A program made the translations under genes and the position numbers. From a virus, in IMG/VR virus record IMGVR_UViG_3300044712_001045, positions 1 through 35,208 of that record: DNA of 35,208 nt, one strand, 5' to 3'. Shown piece by piece: positions 17,580 to 24,550 of the stretch (its first letter is position 1; each line of letters begins with the position of its first letter). Under the pieces are notes generated by a model that was not told the origin of the DNA, ran no database searches, and was given only the letters and a program-made list of their open reading frames with translations.

Positions 17580-19198
17580 TACTCCACTCCCCTTTTTCGT
17601 GTGAACATCCAGATGGGTCTCATCGCGTAGGTGACGGCGTCCATCAGATCCGGGTGGTAGGTCTCATCGTCAACCTCGCGGGTGAGCTCGTCGCGTTCGT
17701 TCCGCAGGAACACCGTCTTCATGCACTCGTCCGCCAGGGCCCCGTCCCTGCGGACCTTGAGGTGCCCGCGGCGGCAGTCGTCCTGCAGCAGCTCCACGGC
17801 CATGTCCTTGTTGGCCTTGTAGGCGTCCTGGATGGGCAGGCCCTTGAGGGACAGGTCGTAGGCGGTCTTCTTCCCGCCGCCCCCGGTGTCTGAGTAGATC
17901 TGGAACTTCCTCGACTCCAGCCTGGCGAACAGGGGCGAGGTCTCCACGTACTGGATGCCCGCCCTGACGGCATCGCAAAGCTCGTCGGTTCCGGTGCGCC
18001 GGGCCTTGTACTCCCACACCACCCAGGACTCGGGGCGCTTGGGGTCGGTGGAGTAGCAGACGATGGCAAACCCGTCAGCGTCCTCGAACCCGAAGTCGAG
18101 CCCCGCCTCGAAGCGGACATCGGTCACCGGCTGGCTGGCGATCCAGGCCGCCAGGTCGTCGTCGGTGAAGTAGTTCGCCTCCGTGAGCCGCAGCACGAGG
18201 GCGTCGTCGTCGTAGGCGATCCGCCCCAGGTACTCCCGCACGTACAGGGGCGAGGTCTCCGACAGGCCCTTCTCCTCGCGGATGCGGGTCAACTCCGTCT
18301 GGTAGTCGGCGATGAACGGGTTTTCGGCGATGCTCCAGTTTAGCCGGTACGCCTTGAACTTGTTGCTGTCCGACCACCGATAGTCCCAGTGGGTGCCCCG
18401 CACCCGCGGCCCCGTCCCGGCCAGGAGCAGGGTGCCCTTTCGGTCGATGAGGGTCGGGTAGATCACGTCCTCGATGAGGTAGGCGAGCTGCCCCTGGGAC
18501 TGGCACTCGTCGATGGCGACCACGTCCCACTGGAACCCGCGCTGCTTCTCCCGCTCCTCGGTGCTGCTGTTGCCGCCGAAGTGGATCTCCGCCCCGTTGT
18601 CCAGCACCAGGCGCCCCTCGACCCGGCTGCGCTCGGCGACCTTGTAGCCCAGCTCCTCGAGCAGGTTGACCACCGGCTGCCACATCAGGTCCATCGCCTT
18701 CGTGATGGTCTTGCCGATGTACAGGCACCGTGCCCGGTCCTTGCGGACGATGGTCTCGCCGAAGTACAGGGCCACGCCCTCGGTCTTGCCCGCCCGCCGC
18801 CCGGCCATGAGCTGGATCTCGCGCTCGTGGCACCACACGAATGCCCGCTGCTGGGCGTGGGCCCGCTGCCAGATGCGGTAGGACTTGAAGTCGGTATCCT
18901 CCCTGTCCTTGCGGGCGAGCACCTTGTCGATCTGGTCAAGGATGTCGTCGCCAAACAGGGTGGAGGCCATCTTCTGGGCCTGCCAGGAGCCCGGCTTGTC
19001 CCTGGCATACTCGGCGAAGGTGCGGACGTAGTCCCTGATGAACGTGGCGTCGTGCAGCAGCTCCCCCACGACGACGTTGCGGAGGTGGGTGACGGACTGC
19101 TCGTTGCGGGGCCGGCCCGGGCTCTTGGGCGCCTGTCCCTTGAGGAAGGGTCTCCCTCGTGGCTTTTTGGGGCTTTCAGCTTGGCTTTTCACGCTCAC
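17579..19198 (-). CDS. terL: Terminase large subunit, 539 aa
   Basis: Walker A-like LMAGRRAGKTEG, typical size, and a portal-sized gene downstream. The start is GTG 19198 or GTG 19192, just downstream of conserved element copy 1. Confidence 0.8.
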   Translation of the reverse strand: MSVKSQAESPKKPRGRPFLKGQAPKSPGRPRNEQSVTHLRNVVVGELLHDATFIRDYVRTFAEYARDKPGSWQAQKMASTLFGDDILDQIDKVLARKDREDTDFKSYRIWQRAHAQQRAFVWCHEREIQLMAGRRAGKTEGVALYFGETIVRKDRARCLYIGKTITKAMDLMWQPVVNLLEELGYKVAERSRVEGRLVLDNGAEIHFGGNSSTEEREKQRGFQWDVVAIDECQSQGQLAYLIEDVIYPTLIDRKGTLLLAGTGPRVRGTHWDYRWSDSNKFKAYRLNWSIAENPFIADYQTELTRIREEKGLSETSPLYVREYLGRIAYDDDALVLRLTEANYFTDDDLAAWIASQPVTDVRFEAGLDFGFEDADGFAIVCYSTDPKRPESWVVWEYKARRTGTDELCDAVRAGIQYVETSPLFARLESRKFQIYSDTGGGGKKTAYDLSLKGLPIQDAYKANKDMAVELLQDDCRRGHLKVRRDGALADECMKTVFLRNERDELTREVDDETYHPDLMDAVTYAMRPIWMFTRKRGVE

Positions 19199-19413
19199 CT
19201 ATATAGGCGGCAGAGGGCGTGCGTCATGCGCTTGGTGGCTGCCCGCAGGCCCTCCCGGTGCTCCCGGTCCCACCGCTGCAGCCACCGCTGCCGCCAGCGG
19301 GGGAAGGGCTGGGTGTACCACGGCGCCCGACGCAGGCGGCGGGCCTGCTTGTCCACCACGCCCTCAATGCGGCGAGCCTCGGCCCGGGCGGCCTTGATCT
19401 TCTTGCCGCTCAT
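19195..19413 (-). CDS. Small basic protein, 72 aa (possible small terminase or regulator)
   Basis: Very high third-position GC. ATGA overlap with the upstream stop and GTGA overlap with the terL start. Arg/Trp-rich. Confidence 0.55.
   Translation of the reverse strand: MSGKKIKAARAEARRIEGVVDKQARRLRRAPWYTQPFPRWRQRWLQRWDREHREGLRAATKRMTHALCRLYR
19201..19213 (-). promoter_or_regulatory. Conserved element CTGCCGCCTATAT (copy 1), candidate late promoter upstream of terL
   Basis: Exact 12-mer embedded in the last codons (ALCRLYR*) of the small basic ORF. TATAT ends 2 nt before GTG 19198 and 8 nt before GTG 19192. Confidence 0.5.
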
Positions 19414-19682
19414 TCCAGCAGCTCCCACCACGTCGGCGAGGTCGCTGGCGGGTTGCCGGCGTTGCCGTCCTGCAGGCTGACGTAGGTGTTGATCCCGGCA
19501 AATGGGACGGGGTAGTCGGCGCTCCTGACGAACGCCTTCTGCCCAGCGGCGAACTCCCAGCGGGCGTCCCAGATCATGAACTCCGGGAACGTCACCGTGA
19601 TGCGGACGTCGCCTGTCGGCGGGTCCACCGGGGCGTAGCAGCCCGCCAGCAGCAGGGCCGCGGCCATGATGAGGCACCTCAT
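19410..19682 (-). CDS. Lipoprotein, 90 aa
   Basis: MRCLIMAAALLLAGC has a canonical lipobox L-A-G-C. ATG 19682 overlaps the TGA of the Zn-ribbon ORF (ATGA). The upstream extension of the track ORF is non-coding-like. Confidence 0.65.
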   Translation of the reverse strand: MRCLIMAAALLLAGCYAPVDPPTGDVRITVTFPEFMIWDARWEFAAGQKAFVRSADYPVPFAGINTYVSLQDGNAGNPPATSPTWWELLE

Positions 19683-19831
19683 TCCTTGAATCCCCCTTCC
19701 CGCAACGGCGGACCTTCGGTCTCGTAGCACTTGTCGCAGAGCCACACCTTCTCGCCCGTCTTGGGCCACACCAGCTCGCGGGTGGCTTCCTGGCGCTTGC
19801 AGCACTCACACCTGGGGCGGCTTGCCATCAT
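19679..19831 (-). CDS. Zn-ribbon protein, 50 aa (below the ORF-track size cut-off)
   Basis: MMASRPRCECCKRQEATRELVWPKTGEKVWLCDKCYETEGPPLREGGFKE has two CxxC pairs. GGGGAGG RBS, high third-position GC, and an ATGA overlap with the lipoprotein gene. Confidence 0.6.
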   Translation of the reverse strand: MMASRPRCECCKRQEATRELVWPKTGEKVWLCDKCYETEGPPLREGGFKE

Positions 19832-19988
19832 CGTCCTCCCCTATCTCGCAGAAGCCTCGAAGCAGCTCTTCGACGACTCCGCTGAAGGTAAGTCGGTGTC
19901 CCGGGGTGCTGTACTCCTTGCACTGCCTCTTCACCTCTGCTACGATGTCCGCATCCAGCGTCATCGAAACCGTTGTCTTGTGCGACAC
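19806..19988 (-). CDS. Ribbon-helix-helix (CopG/Arc-like) DNA-binding protein, 60 aa
   Basis: KTTVSMTLDADIVAEVKRQ...FSGVVEELLRGF fits a strand-helix-helix pattern. GGAGGAGG RBS lies 4 nt before GTG 19988. Third-position GC is about 75 percent by hand count. Confidence 0.65.
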   Translation of the reverse strand: MSHKTTVSMTLDADIVAEVKRQCKEYSTPGHRLTFSGVVEELLRGFCEIGEDDDGKPPQV

Positions 19989-20541
19989 GCAACCTCCTCC
20001 TCGTGAGCTTCCAGACGTACCTCAACTTGACCGCATGGTCGTAGACCCACCGCCTCGAGGCGACCGCCGTGACCGCCGTGATGGCCTTGCGGTAGGTGGT
20101 GCCCCGCACCAGGGCGAGCACGATCTCCTGCCCGCGGTCGTGGTCGTCCACCAGGTCCTGCAGGTAGGTCGATGGATCTCCGTCGCTGCGGGCGCTGACC
20201 ATGGCGGGGATCTCCGGCGACAGGGCCTCGGCCCGGTGGATGAAGCGCCACGTCGGCCTGTCCCCGTCGCCGCCCTCGGTGAAAGCGTGGAGCACCTCCA
20301 GGCGCACCACGGGGGCGAAAGACCGGATGACGTAGCGGTCGTGCCTCAGGTAACGCTCGATGATGCGGGACGCCGAGTCGTGGGCGAGTTGCTCCACGCG
20401 CTCCCGGTCCATCGCCACGCTGGACTGCCGGGCTAGGCACCAGCAGACCGGTCGGGCCATGTCAATGAACCCCTGGTACAACTCCCCAAGGGCTCCCCTG
20501 TCGCCTCGGTGGTAGCGGGCCTGGATGTCGTAGATGTTCAA
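19828..20541 (-). CDS. Sigma-70-family-like protein, 237-aa ORF (candidate late-gene regulator); the last ~54 codons overlap the RHH gene out of frame
   Basis: The N-terminus ARYHRGDRGALGELYQGF...VEQLAHDSASRIIERY resembles sigma region 2. TTYRKAITAVTAVASRRWVYDHAVKLRYVWKL resembles a region 4 HTH. TTG start overlaps the rusA-like stop (TTGA). This is a weak by-eye assignment. Confidence 0.4.
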   Translation of the reverse strand: MNIYDIQARYHRGDRGALGELYQGFIDMARPVCWCLARQSSVAMDRERVEQLAHDSASRIIERYLRHDRYVIRSFAPVVRLEVLHAFTEGGDGDRPTWRFIHRAEALSPEIPAMVSARSDGDPSTYLQDLVDDHDRGQEIVLALVRGTTYRKAITAVTAVASRRWVYDHAVKLRYVWKLTRRRLRVAQDNGFDDAGCGHRSRGEEAVQGVQHPGTPTYLQRSRRRAASRLLRDRGGR

Positions 20542-20915
20542 TCTCCTTTCCCCTCGAGCTCGTAGAGGTGCAGCATGATGGAGTCCTCCTCCCCCTGCTT
20601 GTGCCGCTGATCCGGCAGTAGAGCACGGTGGCGCAGGTTGCGGTCGTTTGCAAGCACCCCGGACCGCTGGATGGCGTCGCAGATGGGCTTGAGGAGGTTC
20701 TGCCCGTCCATCCGAGGGCCGATGGAGAGCTGGGCTATGAGGGACATGGACTCGTAGATCCGCACCCCAGCCTGCCGCCTGGCCTCGGCCATGATGGCGA
20801 GGGCCAGCTCCTCGACGAAAGCCTCGTATTCACGGCTTGCCGACAGGCGCCCGTCCCGCAGGACATGGCGCCGGTTCTCCGAGACCGCCTTACCACGCCA
20901 TGAGACCGTGATCAC
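20538..20915 (-). CDS. rusA: RusA-like Holliday junction resolvase, 125 aa
   Basis: MDGQNLLKPICDAIQRSGVLANDRNL aligns with the RusA core D-x-D-N-L-x-K-x-x-x-D-A-L...G...DD..V. The second Asp is Gln here. GTG 20915 overlaps the upstream TGA (GTGA). Confidence 0.55.
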   Translation of the reverse strand: MITVSWRGKAVSENRRHVLRDGRLSASREYEAFVEELALAIMAEARRQAGVRIYESMSLIAQLSIGPRMDGQNLLKPICDAIQRSGVLANDRNLRHRALLPDQRHKQGEEDSIMLHLYELEGKGD

Positions 20916-21241
20916 GCACGCCTCCAGCCGAGGCGGTTGGCCAGGCGGTCGAGCATGGACAGGCACTCCGCACGCTCATCGTCGCTGATGGTCGGGCCCT
21001 CGAGGCGGTGGGTTACAGGGACAGTCCTGGGCTCCCGGTGCTTCCACACTTCCTCGAGGGCGGCGACGTCGGGCTGCGTCCTGTAGCGCCCGCTGAACTG
21101 CAACAGGGTCGCCTGCCAGAGCTCGTCCAAGTCGCCCGGTCGGTACTGGCCCAGGTAGCCCTCGACGGTCGCCCGCATCACGGGGCGCTCGTACTTGCCG
21201 TAGTAGCCCTCGGTAGCCTTGATGAAATCGGCTACGGTCAT
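20912..21241 (-). CDS. Hypothetical protein, 109 aa
   Basis: ATGA overlap with the upstream gene. Coding-like composition. Confidence 0.55.
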   Translation of the reverse strand: MTVADFIKATEGYYGKYERPVMRATVEGYLGQYRPGDLDELWQATLLQFSGRYRTQPDVAALEEVWKHREPRTVPVTHRLEGPTISDDERAECLSMLDRLANRLGWRRA

Positions 21242-21435
21242 TCGCTGGCCTCCTGCTCACGCTTGCACCTGCTGTGGACTTCGAGCATCCCGCACGTGCA
21301 GACCCCGTACTTGGTCTGCACCTGGAGGCCCATCTCGTCATCGACTCCATCGCTCTCTCCGCAAATCGCGCAAGCGACGAGACCAGTGGCCGGGGACTCA
21401 GTGACCATCAGGTTGCCCAAAACGTCTTGCTTCAT
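21238..21435 (-). CDS. Small Cys-rich (Zn-binding-like) protein, 65 aa
   Basis: CAICG...CTCG...HSRC. AAGGAGG RBS lies 8 nt upstream of ATG 21435. Confidence 0.55.
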   Translation of the reverse strand: MKQDVLGNLMVTESPATGLVACAICGESDGVDDEMGLQVQTKYGVCTCGMLEVHSRCKREQEASE

Positions 21436-21469
21436 TCGCCGGCCTCCTTAGGATCGACGGCGGCGTCGA

Positions 21470-22291
21470 TCATCGTCTCCCCCAGTTGACCACGGCGGCC
21501 ACGGCCACAACCTCAGGGTCCACCTGCTGCTCACGCATCCCCTCGAGGATGTGCTCCCACAAGCTGCAGAGCATCGAGGGCGTGAAGGGCTTGTCGGCCA
21601 GCCAGCCAGCCCCGCGGCGCTCCCAGAAAGACTCCATCGCCGCGGCGAGGAAGTCGCCGGGGGCATCAGGCCACCGGGCCCGGGCGAGGGTCACGAGCCG
21701 GTAGGCGCTGGTCCACTCTTTGGCGTAGTTGGCGAACGGGCCGTGCTTGCTCTCCATGCCCGATATGACAGCCTGGGCGATTTCTTTGTCCTCGGGGTTC
21801 CGTTCCTGCTTGGACCGCGCCGGCGTCTTCGCCGGTAGGGTTCCCTTGGCAGGCTCTTCTCTCTTCTCTTCTTCTCTTCTCTTCTCTTCTCTTTTAGGCA
21901 TAGCAGTCGCTTTGCGTTCGCTATGCGTCCGCTTTGCATCCGCATGGGCTCCCCATCTGGCGTGCGCTGCGGTCGCAGCCTCGGCGCTCTTCGCATCCCT
22001 GGCTTCCATGTCCCGGAGCAGGCGAGGGCTCCAAACGTGCCCGTCGTCGCAGCAGAAAATCCCTATCTGGCAGCAGAAGTCGATCACGACCGGGAGCCCG
22101 TCTGCCCTCATGGAAAAGGCGATGTCATCGATCCTGTCGCGGTCCAGACGGTATCCGTCGGCCTCGCGCATAAGTTCAACAGCCAGCCAGAACAGCCCGT
22201 AGCCTTCCCACCCGTGAGCCCGCAGCAGGGCCATGATGCGCTGGTCGCGTGTCGCTGAGGCATCGTGCTTGAACCAGAAGGCGTCCTTCAT
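21470..22291 (-). CDS. Replication initiation/organizer protein, 273 aa, with a DUF4373-like N-terminal domain
   Basis: N-terminal FWFKHDASATRDQRIMALLRAHGWEGYGLFWLAVELM resembles the Lin1244/DnaD-type phage replication protein N-domain. A charged linker (EEKRREEEKREE) separates two domains. Confidence 0.55.
   Translation of the reverse strand: MKDAFWFKHDASATRDQRIMALLRAHGWEGYGLFWLAVELMREADGYRLDRDRIDDIAFSMRADGLPVVIDFCCQIGIFCCDDGHVWSPRLLRDMEARDAKSAEAATAAHARWGAHADAKRTHSERKATAMPKREEKRREEEKREEPAKGTLPAKTPARSKQERNPEDKEIAQAVISGMESKHGPFANYAKEWTSAYRLVTLARARWPDAPGDFLAAAMESFWERRGAGWLADKPFTPSMLCSLWEHILEGMREQQVDPEVVAVAAVVNWGRR
21854..21895. repeat. 42-nt homopyrimidine tract (homopurine on the coding strand) with (CTTCT)n microsatellite character
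   Basis: Plus strand 21854-21895 contains only C and T. It lies in the interdomain linker of the replication gene. Confidence 0.9.
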
Positions 22292-22415
22292 CGACCATAC
22301 CTCTTGAAAAGTTGCCGCATTCGGGCACCCCTGCGGCGGGGGCTACTTCCCGGCGGCGCAGGCTAATCACACCTGCGCTCACCGGGGGCCCTATCGCGAC
22401 TCCGGCAACGCCGGG

Positions 22416-22685
22416 CTACGCGCTCGGGTTGAAGTGGTTCGGGTCAGGGGCCTGTGCCTGCTCGATGTCCCGCTCCCACTGAGCCACCACTTCGCGGATG
22501 ATAACGTTGGCTTCGTAGAGGCTCACAGCACGGTCGCCGCCGCTGTCCTGCCACGACACCTTGCTCAGCCCCTCGATGATTGTCTCAGCCAGCGTCATCG
22601 GGTCGCCACTACTATCTCGACCCAACCGATCGACAGATACCACCCGCAACAACATCGACCGGCGCCGAACGACGGGCGAGGCCAT
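22416..22685 (-). CDS. Hypothetical protein, 89 aa (possibly 60 aa from ATG 22598)
   Basis: ORF with coding-like C-terminal two thirds. The start is ambiguous. Confidence 0.45.
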   Translation of the reverse strand: MASPVVRRRSMLLRVVSVDRLGRDSSGDPMTLAETIIEGLSKVSWQDSGGDRAVSLYEANVIIREVVAQWERDIEQAQAPDPNHFNPSA

Positions 22686-22731
22686 ACGCTTATCTCGACC
22701 GGTCCAAGTTTGATAACGTCCACGCGCTTTC

Positions 22732-22950
22732 TCACGGCTTCACCTCCCCACAGACCTCGTTGATGATGTCTTCGACCTTGTACGAAGGCACTATGAAGCG
22801 GCCCTCAAGATGATTCCATGCTGCTACCTTGCCGACTCGCTCCAGCAGCTCCACCCTGATGCGCTCACGCTCGACGGCTACGGCGTACTCTGGTGTCTTA
22901 CGCAAGATGTCGCTATTTGTTTCCCATCGGCCCTTCAGGTCGCTGGTCAT
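22732..22950 (-). CDS. Hypothetical protein, 72 aa
   Basis: ATGA overlap with the upstream stop. Confidence 0.5.
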   Translation of the reverse strand: MTSDLKGRWETNSDILRKTPEYAVAVERERIRVELLERVGKVAAWNHLEGRFIVPSYKVEDIINEVCGEVKP

Positions 22951-23291
22951 CTCGTCACCTCCGGGGGCTCGGGCAGGGGCATCCAGTGGGTGATGCCATA
23001 CAGGCCAGCCAGTTTCTTGACATCAGCCCAGTGGCAATCCCACACGCGAAGTCCGTCACTTACCTGCACCCTCATGTCATCGCACCCTTCGCAGTCGACA
23101 GACGGCCTACTGTCGTTAGCCTCAGGCAACCTCTCCCCCACCGGCACCCACGACGCACGGCGCAGGGCGGCGGCGGCAGCACGGCATACGTCCCGGCCGA
23201 GCCGGTCTCCGTCCTTGCGGCCCGCATCGAAGAATGCGTCGTAGACCCTGGCTTCGGTCTCCAGCCACTTCGCCAACGACTCGTTACTCAC
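22947..23291 (-). CDS. DUF551-like phage protein, 114 aa
   Basis: WVPVGERLPE...ITHWMPLPEPP matches the W-x-P-x-x-x-x-LP ... W-x-PLP-x-PP pattern of DUF551. Confidence 0.55.
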   Translation of the reverse strand: MSNESLAKWLETEARVYDAFFDAGRKDGDRLGRDVCRAAAAALRRASWVPVGERLPEANDSRPSVDCEGCDDMRVQVSDGLRVWDCHWADVKKLAGLYGITHWMPLPEPPEVTR

Positions 23292-23859
23292 GGGGGGCCT
23301 CCTTCGGCTTGCCCGGCAACTCGATCCTCATGCCCAGCATCCGGTTGATCGTCGCGTGGGCGATCTCCCGGGCCTTGTCCGCTGAGTGTCCAGACTTGAT
23401 GGCGTCGGCTACGAGTGCATCGAAGGCAGTCATGATCTCGCTCTCGTCAATGCTCATCGCGTTCCTCCTTCGGCTCGACGTCGGCGAGGGCGTCGTCGAT
23501 GACCGACCATCGCGGCACTCTGAGCGAGGGTCTGTCAAATCGCAACTAATCTCGCTGAACAGGTCATGGCACTTGCGGAGAGCCTCCCGCAGCCTGTCGC
23601 GCTGCTCACGCAGGCGGTCGACTTCAGCCAGCGATTCGACTCTCCGCGCAGCCATCGTATCTGCCTCGGCCTCGACCTCATCGACGCGCTGGCGCAGGCG
23701 CTGTACCTCGGCGAGCAGGGCGGCGATGGTTTTGTTAGCAGTGATGCTTTCTCCAAAAGCGAATGCGGTGCCGTTGCTCAAGGAGCACCACCTACCCCCA
23801 ATCCACTTGCACTCGTAAACCGTCCCATCATCGGCACGGATCTCTATGCGGTCGTCCAT
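23284..23859 (-). CDS. Hypothetical coiled-coil protein, 191 aa, with a nested in-frame start (ATG 23457, 57 aa)
   Basis: Single open frame. AAGGAGG lies 6 nt upstream of the internal ATG 23457. Confidence 0.5.
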   Translation of the reverse strand: MDDRIEIRADDGTVYECKWIGGRWCSLSNGTAFAFGESITANKTIAALLAEVQRLRQRVDEVEAEADTMAARRVESLAEVDRLREQRDRLREALRKCHDLFSEISCDLTDPRSECRDGRSSTTPSPTSSRRRNAMSIDESEIMTAFDALVADAIKSGHSADKAREIAHATINRMLGMRIELPGKPKEAPRE

Positions 23860-24185
23860 CAGATCACCACTCCCCCCGCGGCCCGCAGGACACGGGTGAC
23901 GCGCTGGCACTGCTCGGGCGAGGTGAACAGAAGCACCAGGCGCTCGCCCTGCTCCATGATGCTGAAGAGGTCCGCGGCGTCGGAGTCGCGGGCAGCCAGC
24001 CGCCGGGTGAACTTGTACCCGGGCTTGACGCCGCCCTTGCGCTTCGGAAGGCCCAGCCGGCGGGCCAGGTGCCACACGCCGGAGTCGCTCATCCCGGCCT
24101 TCGCGGAGATCTCGCTGGAGGGCACGCCCTCTGCCCACATCTCGCGCACCATCGCCTCGATCTCGGGGGTTGCCTTGCGGGTCAT
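23859..24185 (-). CDS. Helix-turn-helix DNA-binding protein, 108 aa
   Basis: EMWAEGVPSSEISAKAGMSDSGVWHLARRLGL is a typical HTH. ATGA overlap with the upstream stop. Confidence 0.55.
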   Translation of the reverse strand: MTRKATPEIEAMVREMWAEGVPSSEISAKAGMSDSGVWHLARRLGLPKRKGGVKPGYKFTRRLAARDSDAADLFSIMEQGERLVLLFTSPEQCQRVTRVLRAAGGVVI

Positions 24186-24550
24186 CCCACACCTCCCATC
24201 CTGATGATGCGCCCGTCCCTGGGCTCCTCGTGCGCCGTCACCAGCCCCATCGCCCGGGCTGCCAGGTCTGCCGCCCTGCCCCGCATGGTGGCGTTGGCGT
24301 CCTTGAGGGCGACCAGCTCCTGCCGCAGCTCACGCATGGCGACCCTCGCAGCTTCGATGTGCGCCTCGGCAACAACAAGCCGCTGGCGCAGGGCAGGCTC
24401 GGCAGCAGCCGCCCCGCGGTCCCATGCCCGCCGCCGGGCGATGGGGAGCCACACCAGCAGGGCAGCCACGGCAGCGGCGAGCAGGATGCAGGCGGCGACG
24501 AGCCACACGGGCTCGAGGCGCCAGGTGGACTCGAGGATGATGGGGGTCAT
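24182..24550 (-). CDS. Membrane-anchored coiled-coil protein, 122 aa
   Basis: N-terminal TM segment PVWLVAACILLAAAVAALLVWLPI followed by a helical region. ATG 24550 overlaps the helicase-MTase stop (ATGA). Confidence 0.5.
   Translation of the reverse strand: MTPIILESTWRLEPVWLVAACILLAAAVAALLVWLPIARRRAWDRGAAAAEPALRQRLVVAEAHIEAARVAMRELRQELVALKDANATMRGRAADLAARAMGLVTAHEEPRDGRIIRMGGVG

Noticed and set aside
22292-22415. 124-nt gap upstream of the replication gene with small hairpins (GCGCAGG-9 nt-CCTGCGC; GCCGC...GCGGC), considered as a terminator, promoter or origin
   Set aside because: No T tract follows the hairpins, and I could find no recognisable -35/-10 pair or iterons. There is not enough signal to call a feature.
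22613-22700. Two copies of TATCTCGACC (22613-22622 and 22691-22700), each just upstream of a candidate ATG on the minus strand
   Set aside because: Repeated 10-mers are expected by chance many times in 35 kb, and a few pairs within 100 nt are also expected. No convincing promoter boxes accompany them.
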